A stretch of DNA of 13,024 bases, from assembly GCA_051746725.1 (NCBI GenBank), contig JBNJFI010000012.1, positions 22,324 through 35,347 on the forward strand. The letters run 5' to 3'. The notes beneath the pieces are model-generated. The model was given only the letters and a program-made list of their open reading frames with translations, did not search any database and was not told where the DNA came from. The stretch comes from Fusobacteriota bacterium (GTDB taxonomy: Bacteria; Fusobacteriota; Fusobacteriia; Fusobacteriales; JBNJFI01). Positions 7,713 to 13,024 of this stretch are shown in pieces. The stretch's first letter is position 1. Every line of letters starts with the position of its first letter. Position numbers and translations under genes: made by a program.

Positions 7713-8189
7713 ATGGATAAAAAGAAAAGATTAATGTCTGAAGCGATAAAATTAGAATGGAACATGTCTAAACTTTATGAAATTTTAAGCGAGAAATTTA
7801 AAGAGGACTCAGAGTTCTTTTGGGAACTTTCCAAGGAAGAGGTAAGACACGCTTCTCTAATTAAAAGTATTGAAAAATACTTTATAAATTTTTATGGTTT
7901 TCCATCGGACTTATTACCTTTAGAAGTTGAAAAATTAGAAGAATCCAATGGAAAAATTGAAAGCTTAATAAAAAAAATCGAAAAGGAATCCATTCCTAGA
8001 AAAATAGCCTTTAATAAAGCATTAGAATTAGAAAATGCAGCAGGAGAATTACATTTTCAAGAGTTCTTAGATATGAAAAAAGATTCAAAGCTTCATAAAA
8101 TATTTATCAGATTAAACAAAGAGGATAGAGACCATAGCAAACGTATAAAAAAGTATATGAATGAAAATGATATAAAAATTAATGGATAA
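7713..8189 (+). CDS. Ferritin-like/rubrerythrin family di-iron four-helix bundle protein without a rubredoxin domain, 158 aa
   Basis: Duplicated pattern AIKLE..LY..FFWELSKEEVRH and ALELE..F..IFIRLNKEDRDH (E...ExxH twice); no CxxC; RBS-like AGGAAGGTGA upstream. Confidence 0.85.
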   Translation: MDKKKRLMSEAIKLEWNMSKLYEILSEKFKEDSEFFWELSKEEVRHASLIKSIEKYFINFYGFPSDLLPLEVEKLEESNGKIESLIKKIEKESIPRKIAFNKALELENAAGELHFQEFLDMKKDSKLHKIFIRLNKEDRDHSKRIKKYMNENDIKING

Positions 8190-8219
8190 ATTTATAACAA
8201 AAGATGAAAGGGTGTTTTT

Positions 8220-9653
8220 ATGGAAATGAATAAGTATGTAAATCCTTTAGTGGAGAGATATGCAACATCGGAGATGCTATATATATTTTCTCCAGATATG
8301 AAGTTTTCTACATGGAGGAAATTATGGATAGCTTTAGCAGAGGGAGAAAGAGAACTAGGTTTAAATATAAGTCAAGAGCAAATTGCTGAAATGAAAAAAT
8401 ATGTTAATAATATTGATTATGATTTAGCCAAAAAGAAGGAAAAAGAGTTTAGACATGATGTAATGGCACATGTTCATACTTTTGGAGCTCAAGCAGAAAG
8501 TGCTAAGGGAATTATTCATTTAGGAGCAACGAGTGCTTATGTAGGAGACAATACTGATCTAATCCAAATCAAAGAAGGACTTAAACTAGTCAAAAAGAAA
8601 TTGGTAAATGTAATAAAAGGATTAAAAGATTTTGCATTAGAATATAAAGATCTGCCAACCTTAGGTTTTACTCATTTTCAACCAGCTCAACTTACGACAG
8701 TTGGGAAGAGAGCAACTATGTGGTTGCAAAGTTTATTATTAGATTTTGAAGAGTTAGAAGATCGATTAGAAAATTTAAGATTTAGAGGGGTTAAAGGAAC
8801 CACTGGTACACAAGCTAGTTTTTTAGAGCTTTTTGATGGAGATCACGAAAAAGTGAAGGAATTAGATAAAAAAGTTGCTAAAAAATTAGGGTTCAAAAAG
8901 AGATTTGGCGTATCTGGACAAACTTATGATAGAAAAGTAGATAGTCAGATTGCTAATTTATTATCTGAAATAGCTCAATCATCGCATAAATTTACAAATG
9001 ACTTAAGACTTGCACAACATCTGAAAGAATTAGAAGAACCTTTTGGTAAAAAACAAATAGGATCAAGCGCAATGGCATATAAGAGAAATCCTATGAGAAG
9101 TGAAAGAATAGCAGGTTTAAGTCGATTTGTTATTACAATGGCAGATAGTCCTGCCTTTACTGCAGCAAGTCAATGGTTTGAAAGAACTTTAGATGACTCT
9201 TCAAATAAAAGGTTAGCTTTACCTCAAGCTTTTTTGGCAATAGATTCTATATTAACAATATGGGCAAACATATTAGATGGTTTAGTTGTTTACCCTAGAA
9301 TGATTCATAAAAGAATAATGTCAGAATTGCCTTTCATGGCAACAGAACATATAATAATGGAAGGGGTAAAAAATGGAGGAGACCGTCAAGAATTACATGA
9401 AAAAATAAGACTTCATTCAATGGAAGCAGGGAAACAAGTAAAAGTTGAAGGAAGAAAAAATGATCTAATAGAACGAGTATTAAAAGATAATTCTTTTAAT
9501 ATAGATAAAGAAAGATTAGTAGACATTTTAGATCCTAAAAACTTCATAGGAAGAGCAGATAAACAAACGGAAGAATTTATAAAAGAAGAAATAGATCCTA
9601 TAATAAAAAAATATGAAGAATTATTAGGTATAGAAACTGAGCTTAAAGTGTGA
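8220..9653 (+). CDS. purB: Adenylosuccinate lyase, 477 aa
   Basis: YVNPLVERYA, RHDVMAHVH, IIHLGATS, LGFTHFQPAQLTTVGKR, RGVKGTTGTQASF and the signature GSSAMAYKRNPMRSE; long, eukaryote-like subtype. Confidence 0.97.
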   Translation: MEMNKYVNPLVERYATSEMLYIFSPDMKFSTWRKLWIALAEGERELGLNISQEQIAEMKKYVNNIDYDLAKKKEKEFRHDVMAHVHTFGAQAESAKGIIHLGATSAYVGDNTDLIQIKEGLKLVKKKLVNVIKGLKDFALEYKDLPTLGFTHFQPAQLTTVGKRATMWLQSLLLDFEELEDRLENLRFRGVKGTTGTQASFLELFDGDHEKVKELDKKVAKKLGFKKRFGVSGQTYDRKVDSQIANLLSEIAQSSHKFTNDLRLAQHLKELEEPFGKKQIGSSAMAYKRNPMRSERIAGLSRFVITMADSPAFTAASQWFERTLDDSSNKRLALPQAFLAIDSILTIWANILDGLVVYPRMIHKRIMSELPFMATEHIIMEGVKNGGDRQELHEKIRLHSMEAGKQVKVEGRKNDLIERVLKDNSFNIDKERLVDILDPKNFIGRADKQTEEFIKEEIDPIIKKYEELLGIETELKV

Positions 9654-9679
9654 TCCTAAAATAGAAAATTATATGATAG

Positions 9680-9714
9680 AATCCTGGACATATTATTTGT
9701 CTAGGATTTTATAT
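9680..9714 (+). terminator. Intrinsic terminator after purB
   Basis: AATCCTGGACA (9680-9690) pairs with TGTCTAGGATT (9698-9708), with one G-U pair and a 7-nt loop; the stem runs into TTTT(9707-9710)ATAT. Confidence 0.65.
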
Positions 9715-9747
9715 AAATATATTGAAATTATAATTAAGGTGGTTATT

Positions 9748-10929
9748 ATGGCGCAAATAGATAAACTGTTGAATACAATGGAATTAATACATTATATAGA
9801 AAAATTTAAGGGAGATGTTTTAATTTTAGTGGTCAAAGGAAAAAAATACATTAAAGAAATTATTCCTGATATTATTATACTGCAAAGTTTTAACATCAAG
9901 GTTGTTTTAGTACTAGGATATGGTAAATCTATATATAATAAAATGGATACTTTGATTAAAGAAAATACAAATGTTATTATGGAGATATCTAGTATGCTGA
10001 AAAAAAACTCATTAAAACCTGTTATTTCTTTAGGAACTGATGTTTTTGTAAAAAAGGAAAATAATGGCTATGGAATAAATGGGTTTGATAATGAAAGTTT
10101 TAAATGGGCATTTAGTGAAAATAAAATACCGATAATTGCTCCAATTGGAATGGATAAGAGAGGAAATTACCATAGGATAGACGAAAAAGAGATTGCTTCA
10201 AAACTAGCGAAAGTTTTAAAGTCTAAAATAGTATATTTTGTTTCTGGAATTGATGGAATAAAAAAAGGAGGCAAAAGAGTACAATTTTTAAATTATAAAG
10301 ATGTTAAAAAATTACTTCAAAATAATAGAAATTCTAAAGAGATAAAGGATCTATTAAAATATAGCTTAAAACTCATGGATAATGGAACTAAAGAATGTGC
10401 AATATTAAAAGGAGAAACAGGAAACATATATAAAGAGGTTTTGACATATGACATATGCGGGACATTTATTAAAAGAGTTGAAGAAGAAAAAATTAGAAGT
10501 GCTAAAATAAATGATATATCTTCAATATATTTGTTAATGAGAAATGAAATGAAAAATAAAAATATATTACCTATAACAGAGGATAAAATAGAAAAAGAGA
10601 TAAAAAAATATATTGTATATGATATAGATGGCTCGGTTGTTGCTGTAGGAAAATTAAATGATTATAATGAGTGGGCAGAAATAGCGAAGATAGCAACTTT
10701 TCCAAGATATCAAGGAGGAGAAAAGGCTAAAAAAGTTTGTAAAGCATTAATTGATAAAGCTAAAAAACAAAATAGACGTTTTGTTTTTGGATTGACTATT
10801 AATAAGAAAATGATAAATTTGTTTGAAAGCCTAGGCTTTAAGAATATATCTAGAGATGAACTGCCTGAGAAATGGAAAAAAAATTATGATTTTTCTAGAC
10901 CTTCTAAGGCTTTCGTGTTGAAGTTATGA
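9748..10929 (+). CDS. argA: ArgA-like N-acetylglutamate synthase (amino-acid-kinase-like domain + GNAT domain), about 393 aa; start moved from 9673 to 9748
   Basis: ATG 9748 has RBS TAAGGTGG at 9735-9742, whereas the 9673 extension crosses the purB terminator. N-domain: HYIEKFKG..LVVKG, IPIIAPIG..G..IASKLAKVLKS..EVLTYDICGT. C-domain: IRSAKINDISSI..AEIAKIATFPRYQG..VFGLT..FESLGF..LPEKWKKNYDFSRPSK, matching the ArgA C-terminal LP..Y..R.SK pattern. Confidence 0.72.
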   Translation: MAQIDKLLNTMELIHYIEKFKGDVLILVVKGKKYIKEIIPDIIILQSFNIKVVLVLGYGKSIYNKMDTLIKENTNVIMEISSMLKKNSLKPVISLGTDVFVKKENNGYGINGFDNESFKWAFSENKIPIIAPIGMDKRGNYHRIDEKEIASKLAKVLKSKIVYFVSGIDGIKKGGKRVQFLNYKDVKKLLQNNRNSKEIKDLLKYSLKLMDNGTKECAILKGETGNIYKEVLTYDICGTFIKRVEEEKIRSAKINDISSIYLLMRNEMKNKNILPITEDKIEKEIKKYIVYDIDGSVVAVGKLNDYNEWAEIAKIATFPRYQGGEKAKKVCKALIDKAKKQNRRFVFGLTINKKMINLFESLGFKNISRDELPEKWKKNYDFSRPSKAFVLKL

Positions 10930-11504
10930 TCGCAAAGGAAAATGATTTAAAAAAAAGGAAAATGGCTTTTCAAATAACCTTAATATTAATGGCAGTTTAT
11001 TTTTCGCTAGCTGAAGGAATGGTGCCTAAACCATTTCCTTGGATAAAATTAGGTTTAGCAAATATAAGTACGATTTTAGGGATGAAGCAATATGGAATGA
11101 AATTTGGATTAGAGATTGTAATATTAAGAATAATAATATTTACAGTAATGGTAGGGACGTTTTTAACTCCAGGTTTTATAATTAGTATAAGCTCTGGCTT
11201 AATGAGTTCTATATTTATGGGAATATTATTAAAACAAAAAATCTTTTCTTTAGTTGCAGTTAGCAGTTTAGCGGGAGTTATACATAATATAACCCAATTG
11301 TTAGTAGTGTATGTTTTGTTATTTAAAAATATTAACATATTAGAAAAAGAGATTTTAGTTTTCATAATAGTTTTTTTATTATTTGGATTTATTTCAGGAG
11401 CTTTAGTTGGTATAGTAGCGGATAATATATTAAACAGGAAAGATAAAAACTTAATAAAAACTATAGCTAATATGAAAAGAAAAACAAAATTGAAAGAGGG
11501 ATAA
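10926..11504 (+). CDS. Gx transporter family / heptaprenyl diphosphate synthase component I-like membrane protein, 192 aa
   Basis: Signature EGMVPKPFPWIKLGLANI and S..AGVIHNITQL; about 5-6 hydrophobic helices; ATGA overlap with the upstream stop at 10926-10929. Confidence 0.88.
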   Translation: MIAKENDLKKRKMAFQITLILMAVYFSLAEGMVPKPFPWIKLGLANISTILGMKQYGMKFGLEIVILRIIIFTVMVGTFLTPGFIISISSGLMSSIFMGILLKQKIFSLVAVSSLAGVIHNITQLLVVYVLLFKNINILEKEILVFIIVFLLFGFISGALVGIVADNILNRKDKNLIKTIANMKRKTKLKEG

Positions 11505-11506
11505 TA

Positions 11507-12874
11507 ATGGCAAGAAAATATTTTGGAACAGATGGAATAAGAGGAGAAGCTAATAAAGATTTAACTGTAGATATAGCTATGAGATTGGGATATGCATTGG
11601 GACATTATTTAAAAGAACGAAAGGGGAATGACGAGAGCCCTGTTATAGTATTTGGAACAGATACAAGAATATCAGGATATATGTTAAGGTCAGCTATTTT
11701 CGCTGGGTTAACTTCTTTAGGTGTGAATATAGAGTTCGTTGGAGTTATTCCAACGCCGGGAGTTTCTTATCTAACCAAATATTTAAATGCAGATGCCGGA
11801 ATAATGATGTCTGCTTCTCATAATCCTGCTAAAGATAATGGCATAAAAATTTTTGGAAGTGATGGGTTTAAATTATCAGATGAAACAGAAGAAAAACTTG
11901 AGTTATTAATGGATGATATCCAAAAAGTCAAAAAAGGGCAAGTAGCAGGAGACAAAGTTGGAAAGTTCAGATATAATGAAGATCAATATTATACTTACCA
12001 AGATTTTTTGATAAATGCAGTAACAAGTGTAAAAAATTTTAAAGGAATGAAGATAATATTAGATACGGCAAATGGAGCTGCATATAAAATTGCCTCTAGG
12101 GTATTTTATGAACTTGGAGCTGAAATTGTAGCGATAAATGATAAACCTAATGGAACGAATATAAATGTGAGGTGCGGATCAACGGACATGAATATTTTGA
12201 AAAAAGTTGTTTTGGGCTATGAAGCAGATTTAGGATTAGCATTTGATGGAGATGCTGATAGGCTTCTAGCTATTGATGACAAAGGAAATGAGATTGATGG
12301 AGATAAAATAATTGGTTTATTAGCAAAAGATTTGAAAGAGCAAAACAAATTAAATAAAAATACAGTGGTAACCACAATTATGAGTAACATGGGATTTGAA
12401 AAATATCTAAAAGATAATGGAATAGATTTATTAAGAGCGCAAGTTGGGGATAGATATGTCTTAGAAAAAATGAAGGAGGAGGGCCTTAACTTAGGAGGGG
12501 AGCAATCAGGTCACATAATAAATGCTAATTATAATACAACAGGTGACGGTATGTTGACTGCTCTTAAATTAGTATCTATATTGAAAAATCAAAAACAAAA
12601 ATTAAGTGAACTGGCAAAAGCGATACCTAAATACCCACAGACATTAATTAATATTATAGTAGATAAAAGCAAAAAAGAACAATGGAAAAATAATCCTAAA
12701 ATAATAAATATAATAGAATCTAAAAAGAAAGAGTTAAAAGACAAAGGTAGAATAATAGTAAGAACTTCAGGAACTGAGCCTAAGATAAGGGTTATGACAG
12801 AAGGAGAAAATGAGAAAAAAATTAAGAAAGTAGCTAAAGAAATTTCAGAAGTAATAAAGGAAGAATTAAGTTGA
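11507..12874 (+). CDS. glmM: Phosphoglucosamine mutase, 455 aa
   Basis: KYFGTDGIRG, DTRISG, active-site GIMMSASHNP (S104), metal loop DGDADR, VGDRYV, GGEQSGH and RTSGTEPKIRVM. Confidence 0.96.
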   Translation: MARKYFGTDGIRGEANKDLTVDIAMRLGYALGHYLKERKGNDESPVIVFGTDTRISGYMLRSAIFAGLTSLGVNIEFVGVIPTPGVSYLTKYLNADAGIMMSASHNPAKDNGIKIFGSDGFKLSDETEEKLELLMDDIQKVKKGQVAGDKVGKFRYNEDQYYTYQDFLINAVTSVKNFKGMKIILDTANGAAYKIASRVFYELGAEIVAINDKPNGTNINVRCGSTDMNILKKVVLGYEADLGLAFDGDADRLLAIDDKGNEIDGDKIIGLLAKDLKEQNKLNKNTVVTTIMSNMGFEKYLKDNGIDLLRAQVGDRYVLEKMKEEGLNLGGEQSGHIINANYNTTGDGMLTALKLVSILKNQKQKLSELAKAIPKYPQTLINIIVDKSKKEQWKNNPKIINIIESKKKELKDKGRIIVRTSGTEPKIRVMTEGENEKKIKKVAKEISEVIKEELS

Positions 12875-12880
12875 ACTAAC

Positions 12881-12948
12881 TTTTCCACATACAAAACTAA
12901 CAAAGCAAGTTAAATAAAGGGTTGCGCATGTGCAAAACATGTGCAAAA
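12881..12948. promoter_or_regulatory. Cluster of three DnaA-box consensus matches
   Basis: TTTTCCACA at 12881-12889 (+). TGTGCAAAA at 12929-12937 and 12940-12948 reads TTTTGCACA on the minus strand. All three fit TT(A/T)TNCACA. The last two lie within the direct repeat CATGTGCAAAA x2 at 12927-12948. Confidence 0.55.
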
Positions 12949-12970
12949 GGCAAGGAAAGGTTGTAGAAAT

Positions 12971-13024
12971 AAAAAAAGGCAAAAAAGATTAGAAAAAAAT
13001 TTGACAACAATAGATATATATGGT
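12971..13024 (+). promoter_or_regulatory. Probable strong sigma70 promoter, truncated by the window edge, with upstream A-tracts
   Basis: TTGACA at 13001-13006. A 17 bp spacer puts the -10 start at T13024, preceded by TGn (13021-13023). A-tracts at 12971-12977, 12981-12986 and 12993-12999. Confidence 0.6.

Noticed and set aside
4798..7765. Minus-strand ORFs 4798-5028, 6635-6823 and 7505-7765
   Set aside because: Antisense to well-supported genes; no family motifs or convincing RBS.
8220..9653. Reading the lyase as argininosuccinate lyase (argH) because it neighbours argA
   Set aside because: The motifs SSAMAYKRNP, RHDVMAH and IHLGATS are PurB-type, not the ArgH-type SSIMPQKKNP.
9528..9665. 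GATCCTA recurring at about 9531, 9594 and 9652 (roughly 60 bp period), CRISPR-like spacing
   Set aside because: Only 7-10 bp identity; two copies are Asp-Pro codons inside purB; no cas genes.
9673..9747. ORF-track start at 9673 for the ArgA-like gene
   Set aside because: No RBS, and it crosses the purB terminator hairpin; ATG 9748 has a good RBS.
10997..12903. Minus-strand ORFs 10997-11365 and 12589-12903
   Set aside because: Antisense shadows of the Gx transporter gene and glmM.

Overview
AT-rich bacterial chromosomal window. Gene content and style suggest Fusobacteriota, but that is an inference. From left to right it holds: (1) a minus-strand gene missing from the ORF track, encoding a secreted protein of at least 699 aa made of tandem carboxypeptidase-regulatory-like beta-sandwich repeats and running off the left edge; (2) a divergent membrane sensor histidine kinase with no response regulator nearby, the two genes sharing overlapping sigma70-type promoters; (3) a two-gene unit of a Rho_N/DUF4912 protein and a GH57 alpha-glucan branching enzyme with an unusual S-C-W in place of S-D-W; (4) a ferritin/rubrerythrin-like protein and purB; (5) an ArgA-like N-acetylglutamate synthase, a Gx-transporter (heptaprenyl-PP synthase component I-like) membrane protein and glmM; (6) a final intergenic region with three DnaA-box matches, phased A-tracts and a consensus -35 promoter pointing out of the window. 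I found no CRISPR array, RNA gene or mobile element. The best candidate for an undescribed system is the Rho_N-DUF4912 + GH57 module, a possible glucan-granule scaffold or nucleoid tether. That function is a hypothesis.
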